From Ophelia neglecta (Eukaryota): a stretch of DNA of 64,000 nt. The position numbers and the translations under genes were made by a program. The notes beneath the pieces are model-generated. The model was not told the origin of the DNA. It did not search any database and was given only the letters and a program-made list of their open reading frames with translations. Every line of letters starts with the position of its first letter. The stretch's first letter is position 1. The stretch lies in the NCBI GenBank assembly GCA_965285935.1, contig OZ260667.1, positions 19,592,001 through 19,656,000 of the forward strand, written 5' to 3'. This document shows positions 27,081-62,600 of this stretch, piece by piece.

Positions 27081-30000
27081 GTGTTCCTTCGTCGCGTTTT
27101 GGCTAATAATGTATAGACCGATTGGTGGCGCCACATAATATTACAAAGTACTGTTCATATATATGCTTAACATGTCTGATTTATATTTCTTAATAAATGT
27201 TATGTCCAATCATTTTTCATTTTTCTTTCAATAGTTCTGATTGCTTTATTTATTGAAAACGTTCTCTCCAATTAAGGCTTGGAAATGCATTTAATTAAAT
27301 AAATACACAAATTGGATGAACAACCAACTTACGATGGACACACACATATATAGGGGGGGGGGGGGGTATATAACTATTGTTAAGGTAGTTCACAGAGGCA
27401 AAGGCATCGTATTTCAAATGTCTAAAGTAGGTACCCTCGGCCAGATATATATGAAAAGGCGATTACACATACATCATGTATCAATTTTCAATAATTGCAA
27501 ATGGGCATAGAACACCTACATATATATAGGCCCAGGGATATAGGCCAACCATTCAACTGTATAAGTTACAGTAAACCCTTATTATCATTATATTTAGATA
27601 TTAATATTTGATGGATATATCGGAGCGACTTCGATGAAAATAAAGATATTAGATAACGGTATGCCTGTAAGTTTGTATCTCCAAGTACCTCTATAAGACC
27701 CTGATGATATGTATGTCAGGGTAACAAATTAATGATGTTTGGGTATCCCCATCATTAATTAGTTTAGGGAAAGAGTAGCTGATTATGTCGATTCCTAATA
27801 CTTATAGGCTAGGTATAAAAGGGAAGCTTAGAATACACCCAGGAAAACTGTAACGCGGTATTTATAAGTGCTATTTACGGACACCTAGTTACACCGAGAT
27901 ATCAGCTGTAAGCTTATATACACATGAGATGCCGCGATCAGACTTATACTCAATAAGTAAGGAAAAAATCGGAACTCTTTCTTTTTATTCAGAACAGAAC
28001 TATACTGTCAAATAAATTAAAAAAACGTCACGAAAATAGTATTCCGATGGTCTCTCTTTTGATTATTTCTTGTCTCTATAAATCGTGTAAATCAAATTCG
28101 TACGAAGTGGCTTAGTTGCAGACAAAAGGGAGGAGTACTGGTTTGTACTGTAATCAACAGGAAAATGTAAGCCTAAATATCGTCACATTAATGTCCCGCG
28201 AAATACATTTTTCATGAAGTTGCCAAAATTCCGCACTCAAACATTTCCCCCATTATATAGCATTACATTGTTTATTAACCTTTATGGCTCGGTATTCCAA
28301 TCAGATGCACATAAATAACAGACGGTGTCAAGTTTGTTGTTTTCCTTGCCATACCGACACCCATTAACGACAGGAATGGCTGGCGTAACACAACAGTGTG
28401 TTACTATAAATGTCCTGGTTTCCCTGATATTCTGTGATCCGGTCCAAAATGAAAAATGTTATCATGAAAACCAAGATACAGAGCCAATAACACCAATCTC
28501 TACCAAAATAAGGACATCATTCATATTATTTTCCGTTTGAATTGGATGCATGTGATATTTTTCGCTACGTCTTCAGAAACATCTTTTTCTATATTATCTG
28601 CTGTATAGAGCCCGATGGCGCGTCTTTAGATACCCCTATACCTGATAACAGAGACAGGACACAAACACAGGTGACGTCCGACAAGTCTGACATGTAACTG
28701 ACATGCTAGTGGGAATCATATTCTTGGTTCCCATGCCGCTGAAAAAAAACCTAAAACGAGTCTCAGAGTTTCCTCAAATGTTCCCAATAAAAACACTTTG
28801 TCTTTTGACTGAAAAAGCAATTGCTTGCCCAATGCTCCGCTTTAGCCCGAGCCTAATGTCCCGATTTTTCAGAAGATATTAGGACAACCTTTATATTACA
28901 CAAACTTTGTGTACCCTCCCATTTAAAATAGAGGAATTACCCACATCTGCATGGCATTTATTCTATGTTTTTAACTATGTATCATGCCTATACTTTTCTT
29001 GTTAGCACGTTAGTTTTTACTGGCAGGGGTGTTGAAAAAACTGACACAATTGAACAATTGCACCCCGGCTGTGAAGAATCAGACATCACATGATAGAGGT
29101 CAGTAAAAATACTATGACGTGTATTCACATTCATATACGAAAAAAAAGTCTATGTCGAATGGTTCTATCAGCACTAAAAGTGCTGGGAAGCAACGTGCCT
29201 ATAGGGGGCGACAAATATTAAAAATATCTGCTGTTGAGGTGTTAGATTTATCTTGGTTATTGCGAAGAAATGCTCGTTTACTAAATAAATTAGTAGTTTT
29301 TTATTTCGTTTTATTCGTGCCACCGAAACAGGATTTCCGCTATGATTTCTCGGGATCTGTTTTTTTCCATTTGCAGATAAATGAGGTACTTACCGCGCAA
29401 TTCTATTTATTTTGTTTCGGTAAGACTTTCAGAACCCATGTTGTTTTCTTTAAAAGTGGCTGGAATGAAAAACAATTAAATTGCTTGTGTGAATTTCATA
29501 AACTTGCAATTCATTTTGACACATTTGACCTTTTCTCGAAGCGGTTTTATTTTCAATTGCATAACTGGCTGGTGCGTTATGTTTTATTTGATATTTCTTG
29601 TAAGCCAAGTCAGGAAAAACGAGCCCCCTAAGAGACCTGGGTGGGAGTTGGAATCAGGCAGGGCTGGGAGAGTTTCATTTTCGGTGACCACAAGTCATAT
29701 GACCCGACTTACCCGGTGTCCAGATTTACATTGAAATTAGACTATAATTATAATATTGGAATATGCAAAACACACTATAACGAAATGAGAAATAATAATG
29801 TTAAGCATTGTTATAATAGGTCTAGATCTATAGCGCTATTAATTGTATGACAACATGGGGTGTGATTCCCTTAGAAGGCTACTGCTTTGTACTCTGACAT
29901 TATAACATGTATAGCATTTATATAAGGATGGATTATGATATATTCTTCTTAGTACGATTTACTGTGGCCTATTTCGTAAAAGACCTGTTGTTGGATGAAT

Positions 30001-33000
30001 ATTCTTGTAACCTTTTGTCTTTTTCTTTAGCTCCTTAACCTATAAGTATTGTTTATTAAAAGACTTTTTATAGGTATGTATGACTCAGGAATTTCAGCAT
30101 GGAAACGAGAAACGGCACACCCTATCCGAGGAAATGGATTGCTCCACCAACCTACGTAGATGACCTACGAACAGATTCCTAAAACGGAAAACATAGGAAT
30201 TGCTCTAGGGAACGATCGAACTAATGACTTGTTAGTAGCTTACAAGGGCGTATATATAAATATATACATACAAGAATGCCGAGCAAATATTTCATGAAAC
30301 TGTACTAAATGATTTGGTATAACGATACAATTTGAAATGTGATGCTTTGGGATAAGAAACAAAAGTCATAGTCCAAAGCATATAATAGGAAATGGCTTTT
30401 AGGGCTTAGACCACAAACACTTTAACTATATCGTACATACAAAGAAATAGCAATGTAGGCCTATTTAATATTGTATGATTCGAAGAACTAATATAAATTT
30501 ATACTGAATATATATTGCTTGGAACGAGATTATTGTTATACAATACATTATATAGGACCTTTAATAAAACCATCTTGCTAGGTAGGATTTTTAATTATCT
30601 GTATGACTCTGTGGTCTAACGATAAGAAAACAAGGCCGATCATCTAAACAGTTGGTGTGAGCCAGTACTGTACAGATTCTAGAGCCCGATCTAGAGATAT
30701 CTGGTTGGCAATGGGACTTAATGCTACTTTAACAATGTCGATTAATTTCATAAGTTTTTGGACCAGTTTCTGAGGTTGGTAAAAGCAAAATCATGGTCTG
30801 ACATTCGAGAATCGTAAAGTTTTAATTTAATAATAAGCAAATATATGCTAAATTCCCTACTGGAAAGGGGAGTTATGTGCCCCCCCCCCCCCTATACACC
30901 GGAAGCAATAGGCGGAATCATCCCTATTTCTTTATTTATTTGAACATATTTATCCTGGGTAACCCTTTCAGGTTGCCCTGTTCTACCAAGGAATACTACC
31001 TAGGCATATTATAAGTACAAAGAGATCCATATATACATATATACCACACTGAAGGTGTAATCTTTACCATAAACCCTCTCCTAACTCATGCCGATAACAT
31101 CAATCACAGTTTCTCAAAAAGGGTGACACTTCAATGGTCAGGCATTTATTTTTTTTAGTAAAGATTTAGGAAATGACCTTTAGTTTTGCTAGTAGGTGGT
31201 GTTGCAAATTGGGTTGGAGAACATTTTAACCGATGTATGTTTGTTTTGCAATATTTCATTTGATACTGGCAAAAAATCACTGTTTTTATTTGCAATTAAA
31301 TAAGACGATTCTTTCCAAGGCTCTTTTGTCAAAATTATTAGGCCAGCATGAAACTGAAGTTTTTAAACTCCCAATATGCAATGCGGGTGGTAAAATATAT
31401 CCTTCGTCGATGTATGGCGTTGTTTACTTGGTAGCAGGCTGCTGGTGAAACATCAAAGTCTCCCATGGCCAATTACCAGACGACAAATAGAAATATATCT
31501 GTCGTTCCCGCCTTCAAAATCCGTCGTTTGTGAAACGCCACGAGCGGGCATGTCAACGCAGTCATTAACATACGAAGGCGACGAGATTTTTTTTACATGG
31601 GTGAAATTTATTTTCAACAAGCTGGAGACTAACGTGTTATAATTATCAATCTTGACTGAAAAACATTGTTTCGCACCACAAACTTGTATCATTGTTCGTA
31701 TTTCAATAATAATTAGTGATGTTTGTTAAGGATGTGTAAAATTACGAATTCTGAAGAATGAAGCTCTTACCATTTCAATTACAGGAATATCAAATGCAAG
31801 TATAAATGTCCAGCACCTGGGGTGTCACTTATTAGAGAAAACTCCTTCAACATCATCTATGAATAATTGTAAAATTATAAGACATGAAATTCGGCACCTG
31901 TCTCCGTCGTCAGGTGATTATAGAAAGGGTAAAAGTATATGGAGAGTAAAAACTCTTAGGCTTGGTGTCAGACCTTCCATCAAAACGCTGTTTTTTTGCG
32001 TCCGCTGTCTGTTTATCGTTCCCCTCATCACCGATTAACGCACCACACAGAAAGTAACAAAGCGCAGAGCGAGCAAGGCATACGGCCCACTCATAACATT
32101 CAACAGAAGAAACAGCAACAGTAAACACGCAAGCAGATCCCTAAACAAGGCTATATTTTTGCCATTATTTCACAGTATCAAAAGCGTGTTTTGCGCCTTG
32201 AGAAGTGGAGGCAGATAAGAAGCTGACATATGAGTCCAAAACAGCAGATGCCCCAAAAGACCTCGTGATAAAAGATGCTCAAATGCAACTGGGAAATGAG
32301 TACTAGGCCAAACCAGTATCTAAGGAAACGTCCAACCGACACAATGCGAAATGACTGATGCCTGTAAACGAACCTAAGCTCCAACACGTTATCGGTGATT
32401 GGATGTAATTGCTCTGTCAAAGAAAAACCAAACCAATTCAAAATACAACGTCTGTATCACAAGCGTTCGACTCCAACGGGCTTTAAACAGTTTTAATCGC
32501 GTTTAAGAGTGAATGCCTAAAAAGTTTTATACGATTGAATTTGCTGCGGGCTGTGTTTCAAATTACTAACAATAATATACCTTTTCATTCATAGCTCATG
32601 AAGTTTTATTCAATTTTGTGTCTCAATGTGGAATGTTTATAAAAAAAGAATATATATATTTTATAGCGTTGGCTCCGCTCTGGCCGATGAAGTTTTGACG
32701 TTCTATGATAATTCAAAACCATTTTGTTTTGATAACCTAAAATTTAGCCACGGGCAACACCAACAGCACTTGTTGACTATCACATAAGTATGATACTGAA
32801 ATTGATCACAGTCTTAACGCTAAGTCGACCGGATTTGGGTTTTATTTCTCAAGCGAGGCCTCGGATATTTAAGATTCTTCTATCCATGCTGTTTCGTTAT
32901 TCTGTCAGTCTCAAGTGTTAATAAGTATTAGCCATTGGCAAAGAGCGGCTATATGTTCCTGAGAAGATTATGAGAGGCCAGCTACACCGACATTAGCGTA

Positions 33001-34894
33001 CCAAAGGGGCCTCAATTATGGATAACAGAATCTGGCAGAGATAATGAAGAGGCTCTCCAGGCATCCTGGTCACCGATAATACGCTACTCACTGGATAATT
33101 GGACACTAGAGAGATAATTAGTTAATTAGGAGCAGATTTACAGGAGCATGTGAGTTTTAATGACCTAGGTCAGTTTTTGTGGGAGTTAAAGTAAAAAAAG
33201 CGTGTATATGTCTACGGGAGAGCTACATAGATGATGTTTATCTCCTGGAATATAAAAATTGATGTAGCCTATTTCTGATGTGCACGCCACCTATTAATCA
33301 ATATTACCATTAACATTGGACTGTGATATGTTGCCTTTATTTATTAAGAGTGATCGATTTCTTAACCTGCTAGATGGATTTCCAATAAAACATTTATTCC
33401 GACACCCGACTTCCCTGTGGAAAACAGACACGAGCCAAATCTCACGGGTCAATGCGAGGTTCTCGTCGGGGTCTCGTCAAAGTCACAACGAAATCACGCT
33501 TCCCCGAGGCCAGAGATAAGCCTTGTATCGTATTTGACATCGCTCGGTGTAACTTTACGGAATGTCGCCATAATACAATGCCCGGTGTTACCATTATAAT
33601 CTCGTGGTAGGTCTGAGGGCGGCACTGGTTTCTCTCTTGCTGTTTTGATGTTCTGAAATTAATAGAAGTTGACGCTAACCACGTCACACTGTTTTGAAGT
33701 GTGATATTAAGCAGGTGATTGAAGCTAAAAAAACCAAACAGCATTATAAACTGGAATCTCTAAACAAAACTCAGAATATTCTGCAATATTTGAAAGCTAA
33801 ATGATTAATTTGCTTTATAAAATATTTGATCGTAGTAATATGATACGGGGGAAGTTTCATGTTCAAGCTGCGAGACAATTCAAGGCTGGAGGCTCTTGCA
33901 CATGTATATTCAGTTTTGCTTATGAATCTCACCGAAGGGCATTCGTTAAAAAAGGTCGTGCAATGAAGAGAGCTATCACTATGACAGCCGCAGAATTTCT
34001 TTTCCATCGGGTATAAGTGTTCCTTTGCTCTTCCGCGTCATTTAAAATTAATATGTTTTGAGCTGTGACACACTTTCGCCCGAGGCGATCGGGGTATTTT
34101 CTGCTCAATTTACAGCAAGTCAGCATGGCTATACAGATGCCAAATTCGATTTGTATCCAGATTAGAGCATGCCACACAGGCTCTATCCGGTGTCGGAATT
34201 CCAGTTGGAAAATGAATATTTTGCGAAACAAAGTGGCAATACGCGATAAACCGTAAAAAAATGTGTTTTTGTCTCTTATTGACAAGATGTAACTAAAAAT
34301 GTCCATTTGCCGTTTGCGTACAGAGAAAGACGGCGGGATCATAATTCGAAACAATAATTTATTACTTTACAAAAAATGACGAAATACGACAAAGCATGTG
34401 AAATTGACTGAAAATATGCTATAGGACATGTTAATCAATTCTACAAACAAATCGTAAGAGCATACAGTTTTCATATTGGAGCGAGGGGCCGGTAACCACC
34501 AGCACTGCATAACAAGCAAACGCCTCAAAGAAAGCAGACATCGTAGTCCTGTTAGCACCAAAAGGGGTTATATCCCTGAATATAGTTTTAAAGTTTCCCA
34601 TTGTTTTGCCAACACAGTATACACAATATACGGTACATCGATCTTTGAGTGTTTGGTACTCCGTAGTAGAAATTCGTGCGAGAAATGGCGATAATATTGT
34701 CAGACCATCTTTAACTGACAGTGGAAGAGGTTAAAGGTCATGTTGCCATTTTACCCGGCCTTTTGTTCCAAAGAGGCAACAGCGGCTCGACTCCAAAAGT
34801 CAATTTCAGAAGCGTTTTAAATATCCTAACGAAGCTCATATTTACAATTATCAAAACGACACCTAATTCCGTCTGACGCAATAGGTCACATGAT

Positions 34895-55989
<21,095 letters not shown>

Positions 55990-56370
55990 GAGATCCCGGC
56001 GACTTTATCGGCCGGTGAGACGCTAGGAATACTGATAATCCGGCATAAAACTGACAAATGGCGAGGAGGGGCGCAAGCAGACGAGACAGCAGCGTGGCTC
56101 AGCGAGAATTTATCTCTACGGGACACGGGGCGATCCTAATCTACTCACGGCGCTGAAATCCACCGCCGTCATACACTCACACACATCTCACCAAATTCCC
56201 AATATTTTATGTGAGCAAGTGCAGTTCGAGGATTGAGCAAAAGGATCCAAAACGAGCAGACGATTGGCGCGCGATGAGCAGGGGCGGGAAATCTCGTTTC
56301 TGACAGCTCTCGTGAGTACGCGATTTGAGCTCAACCAATCGTGACCACCTCCTTGCACGTGTGTGGCAGT
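55990..56370 (-). promoter_or_regulatory. CpG-rich 5'UTR and proximal promoter of Tbx1
   Basis: CpG-dense stretch upstream of the ATG, with GC box GGGGCGGG (56281), CCAAT-type boxes (~56262, ~56335) and E-box CACGTG (~56356). Confidence 0.5.
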
Positions 56371-58689
56371 AAGGGTCCTAACAGATTGTCAATAGCGATG
56401 CTAAGATTTTCAACTGTCTGGTTGATTCCTTCTGAAATAAGCACAGATACTAATGTAACGCCGGAAAGTACACACACGCAAGTACCCGGATTTGTGTAAA
56501 ATGCATAGCCAAGGAAAATGGTGATCAATTCACCCTGTTTGGTGTCGGACATGGGGCCAAAATACTGTCTCCCTCATCTATCACTGCCGAGTTGACAGCT
56601 CTGGCACCTTGTCCTAAGAGCTTATCTAACTTACAAAAACACCGACATGGACACTTCCACTCCACATACACACAGACACTAACCTCACCCAAAAGGCAAG
56701 AAACTGTGGCTGTGGAAATCTAAACAAAATGCCAAACTGTCGGGGCTTTCTAAACCACCGAGTTGGAGAAAACACATCAGGTCTCTTGTAGTGCAAACGC
56801 TGGATCCTCCCAAGAACAAACCGGAGTTAGATGGTCCAAAGTGTTTTCACATGTTTCAGAAAGTGGAAGAAATAAATCCTGCCACGTGCTTGTCACACAT
56901 CCTGGACCTGTCCGGTTATAGTTTTCATAGACAGGACGCTTCTTCCTTCTGGGAAAAGCTACCAAGGCAGCTGCTAACTCAGAGTATCAGCTAGGCCTAC
57001 TCAAATGTAACAAGTAGGGCATTACTTTAAACGCACGAGAAAGGTTAAGCTATCGGGATTTCCTGCGCAGTGGCGGTCCAAACGTCTTGCCAGACCACAA
57101 ACATCCAATCGTTCTAAAAAACACAGGGACTGGTTGTGGTATGAGAATGCCACGTTGGAGTTTGGTTTCTTAAAGATGTCGAGTGTGAACAAGTTGAGTA
57201 ATTGTCGGCTCGTATCACCGATTATCACTGAAACTCTGGCGGGTGTCCGTCAGGGAACTTGCTCGATTTCCACCATCGCCAATCCTATATCCTATCAACA
57301 CAAAAGATACATTGTGAACTGCGTTCGGCCGCAAACTGGTGAAAATAATCGCCATTTTAGTAGCGAGAGATAAGCTGATAAGGTCATTATATACTTGTTA
57401 ACTTGCTATCGATAAAAGAAGCTATTGTCGCCTTGGGGTCCCAGGGGTGATTCAAGGTCGTGGAGTACGACTTCCATATTGTGAACCCGCCTGGATGCTT
57501 CGCCGCAAAGTAATTGTTTCACCAGATTCCATATGTAGATTATTTGGTGTCAAATTTCCGGTTCTGGTTGACGCATGCGTCTTGGGCTATAGCATTATCA
57601 GCGGTGATGTCATGCTTTGCTGACCGTGACGTCACCCATGACATATTTCGACAATTGACAAGCACTGCAACAATCTCATGTCATATACAACTAATGTACA
57701 AAACCGCGAGTATATGAGATGCTAAGAAACATTTAAAAATATGCTCTACGTGATAAGATCATGAATCCTAGGTTTATATATCTTACAAGTTGAAACGTCC
57801 TAGGGCTTGAAATATTCGCCGACTTTTAAAAGCAAAATGCATGCATATATAATGTGTGTCCATGGCTACTTATATATTTTGACTTAAAATCATGAGTCAG
57901 TTTTTTTTCTTCCCTATTATTTCTTGCTCAATTGTGCCTTTCTTCCTTGATTGTGAGCTGACTTATCATGTTTCTTAGCGTATTGTGCGATGTGCTATAC
58001 GACATTATTGGACTTGACAATAGCCCGGGGGCTTACAAACCAACAAGATGTCGACATGGGTGGTTAAATTTGTCTCACAGCTGAGAAGATTGAGGCGGGC
58101 TGAGCCATGATGTTGTTTTAAGGATTATGGCACATGATTTGAGTACGGTAAGGTTCGCCCTGGACGTGCTTTACACGTCCTGTCACATGTCACCGGTCTA
58201 AAATAACGCTTCCGGCTAAAACTAAAGTCATTTGTCAACTTCATAGCTTCATTTCTCGTACGACACTCCGTGCTATTCACAGGAACAATTGGAAAATTAA
58301 ATATGTACGTTGGTAGTCCGCCTCAGCAAAATATCTTGGAGATTGATAAATCATAGAAGTCTCCAGAGTGGTCCACAAGGGTCTTTAACTAAACTACTTT
58401 GAACAGCAGTTCAGTAGGGCAAACGGCAATATTTCTTTTCTGAACTCTGTAGGCGTATATGTTTAAATTAATATCCCTTATAAAAAATGAACCCAGTTAG
58501 CCCAGTTAGTCTTGCATTAATATAGTGTAATTGTCCGTCAAATGATTGAAACTGGTCTAAAAATTGCCAGGAAGTAGTGTCTTTTCAGACACTAGGCCTA
58601 TTTTAGTCTTAGGAGACAGGCAAGTCGATACAGCATAGTCCTATGTACGTAGTGTTGACTTTTGATCCAGTCGACTCAATGGCCATATT

Positions 58690-59640
58690 TCTGTCATACT
58701 AATGAAATTAGATGCTGAGGATCCTCGTAACAAACAGAATGGTGAAGACAAAATCCGTCTACTGACAGACCAAGAAGCCTACTTGCAGACAAACACAGTC
58801 ACTTTATAGACAGTAATATATAGACACTTTACGGACAAAAAATCCTTTAGGTTCACTGCTTAGAATGCCCAATAGTGCTGATAACATAAATTTTATATTG
58901 TTATTAATGCAATAATGGGCATTCTTTTGAAATATATTTTTCAAGATCCTAGCATGGCACTACACGAAAGGTTTCGTATGCAAAATAATGTGATAAATTT
59001 AGAAGCTTTTAAGTTGGGCTAATGCTGAATTTTTTAAATGCCTGCTTGAAAATATCATAAAGTGCTAAAATGGGCCTGCTTAATAAAAATAATGTCGTTT
59101 TTGTAATGGGCAATACTGTTTGAACTCGCTTTTCTTAATCAAGACACACATGTTTCAATAAATAACCCCTGCCCCCCCCCCCCCCCCACCCAAAAGAGCG
59201 CTTAAAAGAGTAGATTACACCCGACTCATCACTGAAAAAGAAAATGATGTCCCCCAATGGACAATCGAAAGTGTTCATATTGCTAATGAATATTGACCCA
59301 CACCTGGTAGGTGACGAAATGGGTGAAGGGGGTGGGTCGGTCGTTGGTGGGAGACTTAGTTTATCAATTTGACCTTGAAAATTAGATCAAGGTCGAAATC
59401 AACATCCCTGCTATATCCTCTGCGTATGATATTCTATTAGTGGTTTATATATTTGATATGCCCATTTTGCACCTTTAGCCATTAGGAGAGAAAGAATCTT
59501 TCAGTGAACTCAATAATATTGACACATAGAATGAGGCCACGATCACATGTGCATTAAGCACACTATTAGACCATAACTTCCTTACAGTGGCTAATACATC
59601 TGATACACACATATTGCATTATTTTGCACCTTTAGCAACC
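58690..59640. repeat. Probable decayed non-autonomous repeat with internal sub-repeats
   Basis: ATTTTGCACCTTTAGC occurs twice (~59464, ~59621), TAATGGGCA..TTTGAA twice (~58912, ~59104), a poly-C tract at ~59172-59187, and ACAGAC-rich sequence ending in TAATATATAG at ~58760-58823. Confidence 0.3.
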
Positions 59641-62600
59641 GGACTGTCTAGTGATCGGACTCATTCATTAGAAAATAATACTTATGATTTTGCAATGCTA
59701 TAAGAGGAAAGTTAGCTCTACTTGGCTGAATATCAATTGAGTAAAAGGTTGGTCTTACCTACAGAGAAAATATATCATTTTAGCAAGACAACTGCTGCAA
59801 TCTTTCAGGCAGCTAGACCTTCACAGTAAGTTATGTTTGACCTGGATAATTTACTGTATTTAAAAAAAAATCGAGTTAAGATGCTTACGTTTTCAAAACC
59901 TCACAATATCTTTTAGTATTGCCCTTCGCATGTCTATATTGTGAATACTTTTGAACGTTTTTAACGCTGTTTCGTTTGTTTTTGATTAAAGTGGTGGCGC
60001 GGAGACTTGGCATACACATTTCGAGCGTGATATATATTGGCGTAATACCATAATTAAAGGTGGGGCTACTGGTGAATCTATATGCACTTCGGGCCATTCA
60101 AGAATATCTAAGTTAGCCTATCAATGACCGCAACCTACTGTTTTGGTCCTTTGAAGTAGATTTCGGTTAATCTTGTCCATCCGGGTCCTTCTCTCGTCCC
60201 CAAAAGCTTGTGTTCTATACCTGGGCCAAATCAAAGAAAGCAGAAAGTAATATAGAAGCATCCAAAACTATTACACATCTGTAATGTCTATAGATTCCAT
60301 TGGCAGACACAATCAGAACAAGTAGCACCAAGCTCAGAAAAAAGAGTTGTGGAGAAAAATACAAACACCAAAATACAGACACCAGTTTCAAACAGTAAAC
60401 AGTTTCAAAAATGTACTTTATCAGGCTTTATCATCAATCATCGGCAAGCAAACTTGCTCGTGGCAAAAAATTCGAACAATTTATCGTGTGCAGGAAAAAG
60501 GTCTTTAAAATATATTTTTTACATATAAATATGGTGTATCAAGAGATACAAGTTAAAAATGTTTAGAGAACGAAACAGCATGTTATAAGCACGGCGCATT
60601 GAAAGTCGACACTAGCTTATCAAATTTTATAGACAACCAAATCGCCCATACGAGGAACAGCTTGTAAACTGCTCAACAGAATTTGAAATTATCTTACATT
60701 TTGATACTTTGTTTTTGCTATTTCTAAATTATTCGCAATAATGTTCGCTTATATATACCTGAACATGTCTATACCTGAAGTGAAATCAGCAGGCAGCATA
60801 TTTTTAGTGGTTCAGAAGTTAATAATCAGTGTTTGGAGAGGGCGGGAAAGTGTAAGTTTAACCAGATCTCGAGCAGCATGTTAAACGTTTTATAGGCCGT
60901 TGTCAAGGTTATCGCGGCGTCCATCCCGCCTACTCACATGTCTCTTGCCGAAAACCAGGGTCACTGTGTAATGTCTGGAGCTAATTATCTAATTACACGC
61001 TCGAGCTTCAATTATACGCTAAAGTAGAGTTTTATCAGTGGGAGGGAGTCTGGCCCTCCCCGGAATTTATGCAATCTCTTTTGCCATGGTCAATCTAGAG
61101 GAACTCGCCTCTAACAGATCATTTGAGTTTAACACAGCTATACCCATACTGACTACAATGAATAAACATGTACTAAATGCTTTGAAATAGGATTTGTGCA
61201 TATTTGTTTACATAATCGTGAATTCAACTCGACCGGCCATATTCGAATGCAGATCACATTTGTAAACTCTGTAGGGTCCTAAATATTATAGTCGTGTAAT
61301 AAGCACTGCCAAAGATGAGTCTGATTACTTTGAACGACTTAACGTACCTCTGTCTACCCAGTCTGGCGACTTAAAACGTAAAACTCCTAGTAATGAGCAA
61401 ATAACTCTTAGTGAACGCTGTAAAAATGATCCGTAATAAATGACATGGAATATCTTTGAACTAGGCCATGGTGGATTTTCAAGTTTTAAAGACAAGGGAA
61501 AGTTTTATAATTTAAATCTTTGTATGAAGTATGATGTTTACACAATCTGGACGCTTGGAGATACTTGTATAAGCTACCTTCGGTGCTCTAACCTACTGTT
61601 CTAAAAGATAATTATTTCTTTTGACGGTCTACAAACACCTGTAAAGTCTAAGCCTCGATACCATGCCTCCATGTACATTCTATATGGCTAGTATATCTTT
61701 ATCAAATCGCTGTACAGTGTGGAGGGCCTTGTAAGACACCCCACAAGGATATCAGTGCCTGCGATGTCAACTCGCCGTGACACCGATTACTCGAGCTATG
61801 GAGGCGTAAACATTATCTTAACTCACAGCAGGAGTATTCACAGTAGCGCCGGCTAAACAGTCTCCAGAGCTGAGAGTCACATGGATGTGGTCGGCCATCT
61901 CAGCCACTTACACACCAACCCAGACCCATATCATACGCCTAGGAAATGTCACAATACTATACCAGATACCATCACCAGACTAGACCTATGGGGTCCTAAT
62001 GATGATTTCATGTTTACAAGAAGAATGGTTACTTAATCTTCCTTGCCTCCCTATATTACATTACCTTCATGATCTTATTAGAATAAAGCTTAAAATATAA
62101 GAAATAAGTACATACTTATGCGAGTAAGCTTTTGCATAAGTTCATCCTTTTTATTTCTAAAGAAGATGAAATTCGTCGTTAGTGGGGTGACGATGAAAAG
62201 TGAAAAAATACAAAGCAATAATTATTTTGCTTCATGGCTGCCGGTGGAGAAACTTTAGGACGGAGAATCATATAATGCTCATCTCATTTCAAGACATTCT
62301 TTGGGTTATTGCTTGTCTCAAGGAAGTAAACTGTAACGGTGTTCTTTGCAAAAGCAGCTGAACTAGTAAATATTCAAATCAAGATATATATACGAATCGA
62401 TCAGCTTAATATCACTTTCTTGCACTACACGCGAGATAATGATATATATAAATACTCTTAACTTAGCAGTCACTATAGTAATGAGATACTATAAATGCTT
62501 TGTAATATATACAAGTCAGATAATTGCATGTGCTGACTACATTCAAGGTGGAGCAAAAAAGTCTACAGTACAATAATATATAATGATTGTGCAATGTAAT

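Noticed and set aside
29119-29631. 170-aa plus-strand ORF, and similar 60-150 aa ORFs across the window
   Set aside because: Non-ATG starts, F/L/I/K-biased composition typical of AT-rich non-coding DNA, no motifs; many are antisense shadows of real exons or of the LINE.
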